64,000 bases of DNA from Octopus sinensis (lineage: Eukaryota), in the NCBI RefSeq assembly GCF_006345805.1, contig NC_043009.1, positions 45,012,001 through 45,076,000 on the forward strand. The letters are read 5' to 3'. The position numbers and the translations under genes are program-made. Positions 1 to 12,896 of this stretch are shown here, one piece after another; the first letter of the stretch is position 1, and each line of letters starts with the position of its first letter. The notes under the pieces were generated by a model, which saw only the letters and a list, made by a program, of their open reading frames with translations, had not been told where the DNA came from and searched no databases.

Positions 1-575
1 GGTTCGTGAAATGTTTTTGTTTTGTAAAATCTTCACTTCAGAAGTTCTGGCTCCTATTCATTTATATGACTGTGAGTTGTTTGCATAAACCATTGTTTGC
101 CTTTTGTTTGTTTGTTGCAATAGTTTTTGTTGTTGTTGTTGTTGTTGTTGTTTTGTATTTTTGTTGTTTAACCAACTAAACCTCTATGACGAAAACTTTA
201 TATTATCTTGTATGTAATTAGGATATATATATATATCTGTATCTGTATATGCGTATTTACGCACGTATACAAATATGTTTTTTATGCCAAGTTACATATA
301 AAAGCAATTTAACATTAATGTGAAGGGTGACTCGATATTTTGCAGTGAAGTACATGTTTATTAAACTTTCACAAGAAAAAGGTTAAGTGCCTGTCAGATA
401 GTCGGTCGAAAGCAAGTCGAAACTCGAAGTCACTATCAAACTTGTAGAAGTTTAGTATCTATCTAACTATACACACTCATATACATACTCAAATATATAT
501 ACACACTCACATACACATTCATACATATATATATATTATATATATATATATAATATATATATATATGTATATATA

Positions 576-1033
576 CTCTTTTACTCTTTTACTTGTTTCA
601 GTCATTTGACTGAGGCCATGCTGGAGCACCGCCTTTAGTCGAGTAAATCGACCCCAGGACTTATTTGTAAGCCTAATACTTATTTTATCGGCCTCTTTTG
701 TCGAACTGGGGACGTAAACACACCAACATCTGTTGTCAAGCGATATTGGGGGGACAAACACAGACACACAAACATATACACACATACATACATATATATA
801 TATATATATACATACATACATACATACATACATACATACATACATACATACATACATACATACATACATACGACGGGCTTCTTTCAGTTTCCGTCTACCA
901 AATCCACTCACAAGGCTTTGGTCAGCCCAAGGCTGTAGTAGAAGACACTTGCCCAAGGTGCCATGCAGTGGGACTGAACCCGGAACCATGTGGTTGGGAA
1001 GCAAGCTACTTACAACACAGCCACTCCTACGCC
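576..1033 (-). mobile_element. SINE family A (tRNA-like head, CORE-like segment, central microsatellite, GTAAAAGA-repeat tail)
   Basis: Reverse complement of the repeat at 2576, 20149 and 35601; A/B-box-like head GGCTGTGTTGTAAG...GGTTCAGTCCC and CCTTGGGCAAGTG motif. Confidence 0.9.
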
Positions 1034-2062
1034 ACACATATAAACATGAATGCTTTCATTGACAAACACTGATAACCTTTTTTCTTGTGAAGTTTAATAA
1101 ACATGTACTCCACGGGAAAGTATTGAGTCACCCTTCGCTTTAATGTTAAATTGCTTTTATATGTAACTTGACATAAAAAAACATTAATATGTATATTAGT
1201 TAAACAACACACAAACACATATATACAAGCGTGTGTCTATCTATCTATTTATTTATATACATACATACTGGCTGCACTAATTAACTTTATATATATCCCT
1301 TTGAAGAATTCCGTGTTTTGTATTCAACCATTCACAGCCTTTTGGCATTTGGCATTTTGTCAAGCTAGTTAATCATCAAGATTAATACACGTGTGTAGGC
1401 GAGGAGCTGTAGGTGACATGTAGGTGTGTATGAATGTATGTAACTATGAAACACTTAAGGCTGTTCATTGAAGGCGTGCAGGGCAGCGACGGACGTCATA
1501 CACCGATTTAGATAATTATCTTTGTAAGGTTATTAGTGCTTGGAAGGAATAAAATTTATAGATTAGTTGTAACTGTAAGTACAGCTGTTACGGAGCATCT
1601 TAGGAATTTTGTAAATAATTTATTGAAATAAAGTCAAATGACAATAAGAAAATATATAAAACAAATATTTTGCGTTTTATTTTGAATTAATTAGTCACAA
1701 CATATAGATATTAATGTATTGTTTGTCACTCTTATGTATAAGGAAAAAGCAATGCTGGATTTAGATGAAGAGAGACCCTGGCCTTAACTTAGCCTTAACT
1801 TAAGGGGCTACTCCCAGTCTTTACTCTCATAACTAGAATTATATATACACCTTGGTCAGAGCCCCTAGTTTTCGAGGCCCTATATGTAGATTGGTAAGAG
1901 GAAGAAAGGAAGCGATCCCTAATCCGAAAACCTGACCTTAAAGCTTGTAACATAGTGAAAGTCGTCGAAGATGGACAGTATTTTATGCCACACCCACACA
2001 TAGGTGATAACTTTTAGCTTCTGGAAAATGTGTTTAAATTTTCCTTCTTTTTAAACAAAGAA

Positions 2063-2200
2063 GAAGCGTGGCTAAGTGGCTAGTATTCGGCACATGGTCA
2101 TAAGGTCGTGGGTTCGGTTCTTTGGACAAGCGGCGCTTCATTCTACGTTACTCCAGTCTACTCTGCTGAGAATTGAATACTAAGTTGACTGTTGGTACAT
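2063..2200 (+). mobile_element. Degenerate tRNA-derived CORE-type SINE head
   Basis: GTGGCTAAGTGG...GGGTTCGGTTC followed by TTACTCCAGTCTACTCTGCTG, similar to family C. Confidence 0.5.
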
Positions 2201-2575
2201 CTCTCGCTCTCTCCAGTAGTCACTTCTTTCCTGTTTTCCTGGTTCGAGGGCGGTGAGCACTAAGAGGATATCAATATCTGCTCACAGCTACATAAACTAC
2301 CAAAAGCAGATAGTGAAAGCGTGATACAAGCCACCAGGTCCATACCTGGTTGCGAGTGACCGCAAACATTTCAACGAAGGACTTCTAAAACCAAAATCAA
2401 CTTGGTATTAAATCTATGGTGCGGCAAAATAACATCCTAGATTCACCGTTATTGACACTCGCTATGCACCAATCCAGACAACAACGGTAACTATAAACAA
2501 ATGGTAAAACATTAGCGATATGAACACACTTTTTTTATTTGTCCAAAATCATAATTAATAATCATGTAAAATATA

Positions 2576-2972
2576 GGCGCAGGAGTGGCTGTGTGGTAAG
2601 TAGCTTGCTTACCAACCACATGTTTCCGGGTTCGGTCCCACTGCGTGGCACCTTGGGCAAGTGTCTTCTACTATAGCCTCGGGCTGACCAACGCCTTGTC
2701 AGTGGATTTGGTAGATGGAAACTGAAAGAAGCCCATCGTATGCATATATATGTGTGTGTGTGTGTGTGTGTGTTTGTATGACTGGGTTTGTCCCCACAAC
2801 ACCGCTTGACAACCGATGCTGGTGTGTTTACGTCCCCGTAACTTAGCGGTTCGGCAAAAGTGACCGATAGAATAAGTACTAGGCTTACAAAGAATAAGTC
2901 CTGGGTCGATTTGCTCGACTAAAAGGCGGTGCTCCAGCATGGTCGCAGTCAAATGACTAAAAGGGTAAAGAG
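2576..2972 (+). mobile_element. SINE family A, full length
   Basis: GGCGCAGGAGTGGCTGTGTGGTAAG head through AAATGACTAAAAGGGTAAAG tail; near-identical copies elsewhere in the window. Confidence 0.92.
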
Positions 2973-3261
2973 AAGGTTTTTTTGTACCTGTATACAGTTT
3001 TTGTTGAGTTTTTTTTTTGGTTTGTCTTTTGCTTGTTTCACTCATTAGACTGCGGCCATGCTGGGGCGCCCCCTTGAAGAATTTTTAGTTGAATGTATTG
3101 ACCCCAGTACTTATTTTCTTTTAAGCCTGGTATTTATTCTATCGGTGTCTTTTGCCGAACCGCTGATTTATGGGAACGTAAACACGCCAAACCCAGTTGT
3201 CAAGCAATGAAGAGCAGGGACAAACACACACACACACACATACGCCTATAAATATACGTAT

Positions 3262-3388
<127 letters not shown>

Positions 3389-3568
3389 CGAGACAAACGC
3401 TCAAGATGTTATCTAAATAACATCTTGAGCGTTTGTCTCCATTTTCCATTATTTCTAAGTTCCTCAAAACACGTCTCAGTTCTCGGAATTAACTCCCACG
3501 CAAGTGTGATTACTGTTTCCTTGGGCGCTTATGAGACATTTATTTACCTTGTAACTGTCTCTCTAGAC

Positions 3569-3768
3569 CAGTGGTTTTCAACCAGGGTTCCGCCAGTACA
3601 GCCCAGGTGTTCCGCAAGAAGTTACAAAACTGCTAAAATCGGCAGTAATTTTAATTCTCCTGTGCAGATATGTGTGCATAAGACTATTAAATTATTGCAC
3701 AGGGGTTCCCCGAGCCAGTGGAATGTTTCCTTGGGGTTCCGCTCCAGCAAAAAGTTTGAAAAGCACTG
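3569..3768. mobile_element. Non-autonomous hAT (Charlie-like) MITE, 200 bp
   Basis: TIRs CAGTGGTTTTCAA / TTGAAAAGCACTG; perfect 8-bp TSD CTCTAGAC at 3561-3568 and 3769-3776, matching the NTCTAGAN Charlie target. Confidence 0.9.
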
Positions 3769-4421
3769 CTCTAGACGGTCTTCTTTCAGTTTCCGCCTAC
3801 CAAATCCACTCACAAGGCTTTGGTCGGCCCGAGGCTATAGAAGAAGTCACTTGCCCATGGTGCCACGAAGTAGGGCTGAACTCCGAACCATGTGGCTGGG
3901 AAGCAAGCTTATTACCACACAGCCACGTCTGCACCTAAAATAAGAATGACCGCTTTATGAATTTGTGTGTCATCCTTGAATAGGGGCCATACTAATCCTC
4001 TTGGTGTCGTTCTAATTTTAGCTTGTGTACTGCCGGGACATCGAGTTCCATAATCTAACACCAAGCTTTTGTGTAAACGTTTTACATAATTAGTAGTTGT
4101 TGCTAATAATAGCGGTGCATTGCGGTGCCCATAATTAGTGCTTATTAGTGAAAATTATATCAACTATGAGACATGAACGTACTTAACTTGTCCTGACTAA
4201 AATTCGTTCATTCATTCATTGTCATTCATTCACTCATTGCTATTCATTCATTATCATTCATTATTTATTGTCTTTCATTCATGAGAAAGTTGTTCCTCTC
4301 CGAAAGAAATGCGTTTCAAATCAAAATCACACATTTAATTCATAAAGGTTAGACAATGATTAAGTTAATTTTTGTTTTGTTGTTATTGTTGTTGTTATTG
4401 TTATCATTATTATTGTTATTC

Positions 4422-4610
4422 AGGCAGAATCGTTAGCACGTAGGACAAAATGCTTATAGGGATTTCTTCCGGGATCAACTTTTTCCTTTCGTTGTTTTAG
4501 GGGTCGATAAAATAAGGTTTTAGGGGTCGATAAAATAAGCACTGGGGCCGAGGTAATCAACTAGCCACTCCTTTCAAAAGTTCAAGCCATTTGCCTATAG
4601 TAGAAAGAAT
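4422..4610 (+). mobile_element. Degenerate SINE family B
   Basis: GGCAGAATCGTTAGCACG head and a duplicated GGGGTCGATAAAATAAG segment. Confidence 0.7.
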
Positions 4611-4751
4611 TGTTGTTGTTGTAAAGAACCACAGCAAGTTGTTTCAGTAGGAGCGACATTGTATGAAGCGATGGGTCTACGGTTCAAATCCAGACGATTT
4701 CTTATATCCATTATAAGAACACTTAACAAATAAACACATTTTTTTGGAAGG

Positions 4752-4896
4752 AGAGGCTGTGCTCACGAACCACATGGTTCCGGGTTCAGTCCCACTGCGT
4801 GGCACTCTGGGCAAGTGTCTTCTACTATAGCCTCGGGCCGACCAAAACCTTGTGAGTGGATTTGGTAGACGGAAACTGAAAGAAGCCCATCGTATG

Positions 4897-4967
<71 letters not shown>

Positions 4968-5178
4968 TTGTGTATCTGTGTTTGTACCCCCAACATCGCT
5001 TGACAACCGATGCTGGTGTGTTTACGTCCCCGTAACTTAGCGGTTCGGCAAAAGAGACCGATAGAATAAGTACTAGGCTTACAAAGAATAAGTCCTGGGG
5101 TCGACTTGCTCGACTAAAGGCGGTGCTCCAGCACGGCCACAGTCAAATGACTGAAACAAGTGAAAGAGTAAAGAGAGT
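4752..5178 (+). mobile_element. SINE family A (5' end damaged)
   Basis: Body and tail match the other family A copies. Confidence 0.9.
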
Positions 5179-5477
5179 ACACGAAACGCTAGTACACACT
5201 AACTTATTTTACGAATTGTTGTTGTTGGGGTGTCGGGGGCGGTGGTGGTGGTGGCAGCTTCCCACGCAGACTCTCGCTAACTCCTTTCGTACTCCACATA
5301 TTTCCCTATTTATTATTAAACAACCTGATCTACTCCTCACTGAATTGCTGAGTACTGTGTTAGGTGTGTGCATTATGTCGTTCCCCTTTTTTTAACGGAT
5401 TGTAGGGTTTCTTTCTCTTGTAGCTTGTAAATGTAAATACTTGAGCCGATGGGAATAAAGCCTTTGCTAGTAATCAT

Positions 5478-6500
5478 TTCTACTATAAGCAAAAAGCCTG
5501 AAATTTGAGGAGAGGGGGCAAATGTATTACATCGACTCCAGTGTTCATCTGGTAAGTCCTTCAACCCGAAAGGATGAAAGGCAAATCGATCTCGGCGGAA
5601 TTTGTGCTTAGAAAGTAAAGACGGAAGAAATACCTATTTCTTTACTACCCACAAGGGGCTAAACATAGAGGGGACAAACAAGGACAGACAAAGGGATTAA
5701 GTTGATTACATCGACCCCAGTGCGTAACTGGTACTTAATTTATCGACCCCGAAAGGATGAAAAGCAAAGTCGACCTCGGGAGAACTTGAACTCAGAACGT
5801 AGCGGCAGACGAAATACCGCTAAGCATTTTCTCCAGCGTGCTAACAATTCTGCCAGCTCGCCACCTTATACTTTGCTAGTAATAACAATGGTTTTTCATA
5901 TTGGTATAAGGCCGTACATTTTCGAGGACGTGTATAGCGGCCATAATTAACGTCAAGACTTCCAAACTTGAAATTATGAAAGGCGAATTCGGTTCTACCA
6001 AGGAACAAGCGCATATATTTCGGCGCCTTGCTGTTTCTACCGACTTATCACTCTACTAAGTGTCCCTAATATAAGTACAAGGCCAGAAATTTGGGGAGAG
6101 GGTTAGTCGATGAAGCCGACCCCGGTATATGACTGGTACATTATTTTACCAACTCTCTAAAAATGAAAAATTAAGTTGACCTCGTGGATGAGAGAATTTG
6201 AACTTGCAACGCAAACAGCCTATTAGTCTTTGTTTGGTAAGCTAACAATTCTTATTTCTTTACTGCCCACAAGGGGCTAAACACTGAGGGGACAAACAAG
6301 GACAGACAAACGGATTAAGTCGATTATATCGACCCTAGTGCGTAACTGGTACTTATTTAATCGACCCCGAAAGGATGAAAGGCAAAGTCGACCTCGGCGG
6401 AATTTGAACTCAGAACGTAACGGCAGACGAAATATCGCTAAGCATTTCACCCGGTGTGCTAACGTTTCTGCCAGCTCACCGCCTTTATGCTAACGATTCT
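5478..6500 (-). mobile_element. Cluster of SINE family B copies (tRNA-like head, Meta-domain-like GCCTTTCATCCTTTCGGGGTCGATAAATTAAGTACCAG)
   Basis: Several tandem or nested copies at about 5478-5868, 6070-6250 and 6254-6486. Confidence 0.88.
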
Positions 6501-7094
6501 GGCAATCGACCGTGACGGTGCTGCTGTGATTTAGATAATGATTTCCAGCAATGTCTCAAACCTCTAAGTCAATAGGTGCATAAGATGATTTAATCTACTC
6601 TAGAACACAACGAGAGACGAAGAAACGAAGACTTTACTTTTGGGAATTCTGAGTAAGGCTAAAATTAGTGGACAGTTGCCTCTTGAATGGTAGTATGCAG
6701 GCCAATGACTAAAAAAAAAGAACAATTTTCATCTTTTGCGGGGCGTTCAAATATGTACCAGTTGAACTCTGGGGTCGATGTGACCGACTTACTCCTCTCT
6801 CCTGAAATTGCTGGCCTTGTGCCAAATTTTTAAACGATTAGTATAACGGTTGAAACTTCAATGAAATCCATAACTCCTAAAAATCAAATTAAGCCAATTC
6901 CTGCTGTTTCTCTTGCATGATTTATTATCTTGTCTCAATGTTTATACCCCACTGCTCTAAATAGCACCCAGCTGTCTCCACAATTGTCACTTCTTACCTC
7001 TTTCTGTATATGACAACCATCTTTTATAACACCTTTTATAACCTGATTATAACAAGTTTCCACGAATCTTCTAAGTCAGTATTGCAATTTTTGA

Positions 7095-7127
<33 letters not shown>

Positions 7128-7593
7128 CATGTGTGTTTGTGTAATGCACATACACAAACATATAGTAAAGACCTCCTTTGATCATGAATAACCATGGGAT
7201 TGCAACTAGAATGTTACCCTTTGAGGCACACATATATAGGTTTCTATATACACATACATATATATGGGGGCGTATGTCTGTGTGCGTGCGTGTGTGGCGG
7301 AGAAGTGAGGAGAGAGAGTAAGTTCTTATTTCACTCGTTTCATAATATTCTTAGTTATATGATAGATACTGCACTAACATTCACATGTATACGAAATATA
7401 GATATGAATATGTATGCGTGTGTACATCCATATAGACAGGTGCCGTGCGAAGTAAAGCTAACAGACTAATCTTCAGAACGATTCGATGTTTTGGGCTACC
7501 GTTCTGAAGGTTAGTTTGTTCGTGTTACTCCTCAGCACACTTGTGCATACGGGGGAGCACGCACATATATATATTTCCATCTATTAATGGTTC

Positions 7594-8046
7594 GTAGGTA
7601 CGTCATATCTCGTTATGCAATAAGATCTCATTGTTTGTTTACATCTGACGTCACGTATACGAAATGTGTGGAGGCGCGTGGATTAGTGGTTAGGGTGTCA
7701 GCACCATGATCGTAAGATTCCTGGACCGGGCGACGCGTTGTGTTCTTGAGCAAAACACTTCATTTCACATTGCTCCAGTCCACTCAGCTGGCAAAAATGA
7801 GTAACGCTGTATTGGACTGGCGTCCCGTCCAACTGGGGAACACATACGCCATAGAAACCGGGCCAATGAGCCTGGCTAGGCTTTAAAAGGGCGCGTTTAT
7901 TTTTATACGAAATGTAGCAACAAAAATATCTGTAGACACAACCTTAACAAAGTAATGCAAAAGTGCACTGCTATTGACTTATAAAAACGTTTAATATACT
8001 TTATAAGATATTATTGGTCGCTTAACGAAATACCACATACCTACAA
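7594..8046. mobile_element. MITE-like DNA element with imperfect TIRs, interrupted by a SINE
   Basis: GTAGGTACGTCATATCTCGTTA at left versus TAACGAAATACCACATACCTAC at right; related sequence at 8235-8605 and 55199-55450. Confidence 0.6.
7668..7903 (+). mobile_element. SINE family C (CORE-type) with 12-bp TSD
   Basis: GTGTTCTTGAGCAAAACACTT...GCTCCAGTCCACTCAGCTG core; TSD TATACGAAATGT at 7656-7667 and 7904-7915. Confidence 0.9.
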
Positions 8047-8275
8047 GTCTTTAATATTTACGTACCGGCTTCCAGGAATGCGTTTACTATGTAAAATCGG
8101 TATATTCAATAGCTATACACGGCTATATAAAGTGAATATTTAAGCAATGTGTTCGAGGATGATTAATGGGTTACATGGGTGCTGATGATTGGGTAAAATA
8201 CCCGAAATAAGGCATATACGCCTATTACCTATTTTTCGTCTTCGATCTCATTGTTTACATCTGACGTCTAGTATA

Positions 8276-8511
8276 TATTTCTTTACTACCCACAAGGGGC
8301 TAAACATAGAGAGGAGAAACAAGGACAGACAATCGGATTAAGTCGATTACATCGACCCTAGTGCGTAACTGGTACTTAATTTATCGACCTCGAAAGGATG
8401 AAAGGCAAAGTCGACCTCGGCGGAATTTGAACTCAGAACGTAACGGCAGACGAAATACGGCTACGCATTTCGTCCGGCGTGCTAACGTGTCTGCGAGCTC
8501 GCCGCCTTTAT
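8276..8511 (-). mobile_element. SINE family B, full length, with 16-bp TSD
   Basis: TSD TCTGACGTCTAGTATA at 8260-8275 and 8512-8527. Confidence 0.92.
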
Positions 8512-10466
8512 TCTGACGTCTAGTATACGAAACGTAGCAACAAAAATCAGTGCTGGCTATAATTTGTATAGAACATCTGCAGAGATAACCATAACAAAGT
8601 AATTTATATGTTATATGCGCGCGTCTGTGTCTCTTATGTACGTGCGAATGTTGATGTAATATCTATTTTATAACAAACAAGATTATGAAAGAGCTGTAAA
8701 TGAATGGGATAAACATCTGTTCTCTCACCTCACTTGTATAATCTGTTCTATTCATATACATTCTCTCTGCCATTATAAATCCCGGATTCAGAACAACGCT
8801 GAGGTTTATCCTAACTCAGTTACGGTCATTCTTGTAAGCCATGCGCTCGACAGAGAGCTTAATGTAAGATATGTTTGATTCTTTGAATCCGTATATCTAT
8901 ATCTATAAAAGAGAGTTTGTATGTGTGTCTGTGTGCGCGAGTATGTTCCTTATTCCAAAACCGATTATTTTTTACGTATAGGATGTCAAAAGATTCAGTA
9001 CTATTTCCACTGCCAACTAAACTTCATTTTCATTCATATATTTGCATTACAAAAATTTAACATAATCTTTTCCATAAGTCAACTATCGGAAACTTTTTAT
9101 ACGATGACGACCTACACACACACATCCATATACAGATACATACATCTTTCACTTTCTCATTTCCACTTTTCGCTTTCTCTTTTCTTTAAATTTGTTCTCT
9201 CTTCAAAGCATAAACAAATAATTTTTTACGAAATGAATGAGAGAAACACAGAGTGAGAAAAAGACAGAGAGAGACAAGAAAAAGAAACAGAGACAGAAAA
9301 CAGGTTTCTATAGAAGAAGATGAAAGACAGGGATAGCGGGTGAGAGAGAAATGCTGGTGTTTCATACCCTATGTATGTTCTATATTTGAAAGTGAAAGAA
9401 AGCCGACAGAAAGTTGATACTGTGTGTATGTTCTACATGAAAGAAGGCCGATACAAAGACAGGGGAAAAGCGGGAAAGCGGGAAAGAAGGAGACGCTGAG
9501 AACCCACAAACGAGATCGGGTCATTATTTTCAGGTCATTTTCACTTTCGTCCTATGTTCCACACGTGCGTAGAATTAGACATTATCTCTCTTTCAAAATC
9601 TCATTATAATATACGGATACTTTATGTTGTCAAAATATTACAACTTCACTACATTTCGTTCTTTTGGAATTAAGAAAGGTATGCAAAAATAACTTCCTTA
9701 TGTTATTTTTCGCTGTGCGCTAAATTGCGGCTCAAATCTTATGGAAATTACTTTTTCCCTTTCTGTCGTTCCTGTTAGAGATGAACGTATTTCAAAACCT
9801 GATCTTCCATTTAAACTTACAATGAAGTTATCTCAGAAATCCTGTTCTTTACCTGTTGTTTCTAGCATGTCCGAGATGACATTTGCGTACCCCCCACCCT
9901 TATTTCGTTCCTCATTTCACTCGAAAGCAGGTAGCTGATGGGTGACTTCCAAAAACAAATTATATTTCCCACATTCGTAATCTCTGTATTTTTCCACGTG
10001 GATAAAAAACAAAATTCGAAAAACAGTAACAGTTTAAAATTAGGAAATTTCAGTGGGGAGGGATGAAATTATAATTTTGAAAACGTGATTTCTGGGCAAA
10101 ATCATATTAACCCCTTTTTATTCCATGAAACAATACATAGTTTGTGATCCTTCTTGAGAACATAAATAACTTTCATGCAAATTGTACCTCCCCAACGCTT
10201 CACTTCTGGACAAACAATAACTTCCATTAAGTCAGTAATCCACTCCACTATATATCGGCTAACAGAATGCATTACGCTTATCAATACCGCACGTAGCCAA
10301 ATCATTCAGAGTTTACCGCTCCTTCTCATAATAATGGTATACAAATTGACATGAATTTTTCCACATCTTTTCATTCGTTACTAAAAAATGAAATTATCCA
10401 ATGCACATCTTCAAATTGCTATGTCCTCCATCTTATATGTTCCTTAATCATTCGCTCTTTTCAGCC

Positions 10467-11950
10467 ATGCCACCAAAACGAACACATTCTAATTTATCTC
10501 CACAAACAAGGGCCGCAAAGAAAACTGCCTCTATTCTTGCCCAAGAAAACTCACTTCAGCGATGCTCAAATGTGCATTATTTCAAAACAATCCCCGACGG
10601 CAGAAGTTCTGCTCCAAATTATACTCATTGTCTGGTATGACTGCACGGTGGCACACCGTGGTGCATTAGAAACCCTAGATAGATCGCTAAGGGATATTAA
10701 AAACAATACTGCTTTTATTAGGGGTGGGAGCTTAACTGTTGTCCTCACAGGGGATTTCTGTCAGATATTACCAGTCATACCATGGAGTACACGAGCTGAC
10801 GACATCTATGTATGTCTGGAGTTTTCACCTCTGTAAAGGTTTGTTCGTCAGCTTTCATTAAGCAACAATATGCGAGCTCATCTCTACAACGACCCCTTAG
10901 CTGAGTAATTCTTTCATCAGCATCTACAAATTGGAAATGGCGCCTTGCCGTTGAATAACACCCTGCAATAGCATGTACTGCAATATGGACACATGCTTAA
11001 AGAAAAGGTATTTCCCACATTTCAAGACAACTTCAAAAACATAGCATGGTTCGCAGAGCAAGCTATTTTAGCACCTTTGAATGACAGTGTTGATAAAGTA
11101 AACCGTGAACTCCTCCACATTCTACTTGGAGATGCTTCAACGTTTGTCTCCATTGTTAGTTAGTTAGTTAGTTAATTAATTTTCTGGCTCAAAAGCAAAA
11201 AGCAATGCCATGTAGGGGGACATGGAGTTAAGTACAGGGTGGTGTTCATGTAAAGAGTTCAGGCCACTTGAGGTCAAGGGAGACTTTGAACAAAGCGGTC
11301 GTCGGCATCTTCACCATCTCGTCTGGCAGCTTGTTCCACGGATCTGCAACCCGGACGGAGAAAGCTCCTCTCCTTCGATTGAGATGAAATCGTCGCAGGT
11401 AGAGCTTTTCGGAGTGATCCCGCAGCCGACGCTCTGGAGCAGGAGTGAAGAACAGCTCTTTCGAATATGCCACTGTTTAGTATCCAGTTGAATTTCTCAA
11501 CTCTCTACAACCCACAGGACTGCCACCGCATAAGTTGTTCCTAAAGAAAGGTGCACCTACATGCGCTTGAGGAATTTGGACCCACCACGACTATGCAATG
11601 GTACAAGATTGACTGTAACTACAATGATAAGTCATGTCCTAGAAGCCACCATTATTGTCAGCTGCCATCGAGGAGAGATTGCATACATTCCACACATGCC
11701 CCTTATTCCCTCAAATGTGCCATTTTAATTCAAGCACCTCCAGTTCCAAATGCAATAGTGCTTCACCGTGACAATCAACAAAGCCCAGGGTCAAAATTGT
11801 CGGTCTCAATTAAAAATTCCCTGCGCTTCTCAAGGACAACTGTATGTCGCATGGTCTCGAGTTACCAGTGCAGGGGACTTGTATATTTTATTCTACCAAC
11901 ACTGGACTTACGCAAAACATAGTTTGCCGAGGAGCACTGTCGGCTTCACT
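10467..11950 (+). pseudogene. Helitron Rep-Hel relic (PIF1-family helicase), frameshifted with stop codons
   Basis: Motifs WYDCTVAHRGALETLDRSLRDI, GDFCQILPV, NMRAHL, AILAPLNDSVDKVN, YPVEFLNSL, RNLDPPRLCNGTRL, TINKAQGQ and GQLYVAWSRV in order across frames. Confidence 0.9.
11156..11473 (-). mobile_element. CR1/L2-group LINE 3' fragment inserted in the Helitron
   Basis: Peptide RLRDHSEKL...FSVRVADPWNKLP...FKVSLD typical of CR1-group ORF2 C-termini; (TAAC)n tail at 11156-11173. Confidence 0.85.
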
Positions 11951-11962
11951 TAACATACGTTG

Positions 11963-11964
<2 letters not shown>

Positions 11965-11997
<33 letters not shown>

Positions 11998-12133
11998 TGT
12001 GTCTGTGTCTGTGTCTGTGTCTGTGTGTGTCCGTGTGTGTGTGTCTGTGTAGTATGTGTGTGTCTGTGTATCTGTGTGTGTGTGTGTGTGTAAAACTAAA
12101 CAGACGGCTAGATAGACAGACAGACAGACAGAC

Positions 12134-12180
<47 letters not shown>

Positions 12181-12209
12181 CAGACAGGTAGACAGGTAGA
12201 CAGGTAGAC

Positions 12210-12272
<63 letters not shown>

Positions 12273-12273
12273 C

Positions 12274-12316
<43 letters not shown>

Positions 12317-12320
12317 GATA
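11965..12320. repeat. Compound (TG)n/(GTGTCT)n/(GACA)n/(GATA)n microsatellite
   Basis: Direct reading. Confidence 0.97.
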
Positions 12321-12896
12321 ACAAACAAACCAATTCCTTCTCCTTCTTCTCCTGCAACTGCAACGATCTCTTTTCGCAATTTATGGTCACACCTTGAAGT
12401 GATCTTTATAATTTCGGCTACTTACATTTTTTAAAAAACAAAAAAAAGACGTTAAATACCTCTTGTTGACCCAATTACGAAACGAAGCCAGCAATCTTAG
12501 ATCTCTGCTGCAGAAAAACTAATTATTTCCCTTATTGATGGTGGCAATCAAGTTGTCGTTATTGCTTACGAGAGGGTCAAGTTGAATTCATAGACATTGC
12601 ATACTCCAAACGATACGATAATTTATGATAAATTGGAGAAAACAACCTGTTTAGTATCATTATGATTACTATCATCATCAGCAGCTTAATCATCGTCGTT
12701 GTTGTTGTTCTTGTTACTGCTGTTTGTTTGGTTGTTTCTCTACTTCGAAATCAATTTTAATACACTATGACTTCTTGTTAATGTAACCTCATTTTTTTTT
12801 TTTTTGCAAAAAGGCCGTCATATCCACTACCACCATCATCACTACCACTCCCATTCCCCTCCACACTGTAACACTCCTCTCATGTCTACGCGCACG

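Noticed and set aside
698-1072. Recurrent peptide DGLLSVSVYQIHSQGFG...CPRCHAVGLNPEPCG resembling a gene family
   Set aside because: It is the antisense translation of SINE family A and recurs wherever the SINE does.
10560-11900. Host PIF1 helicase gene
   Set aside because: Intronless with many stops and frameshifts, Helitron-type motifs and a LINE insertion; a transposon relic.
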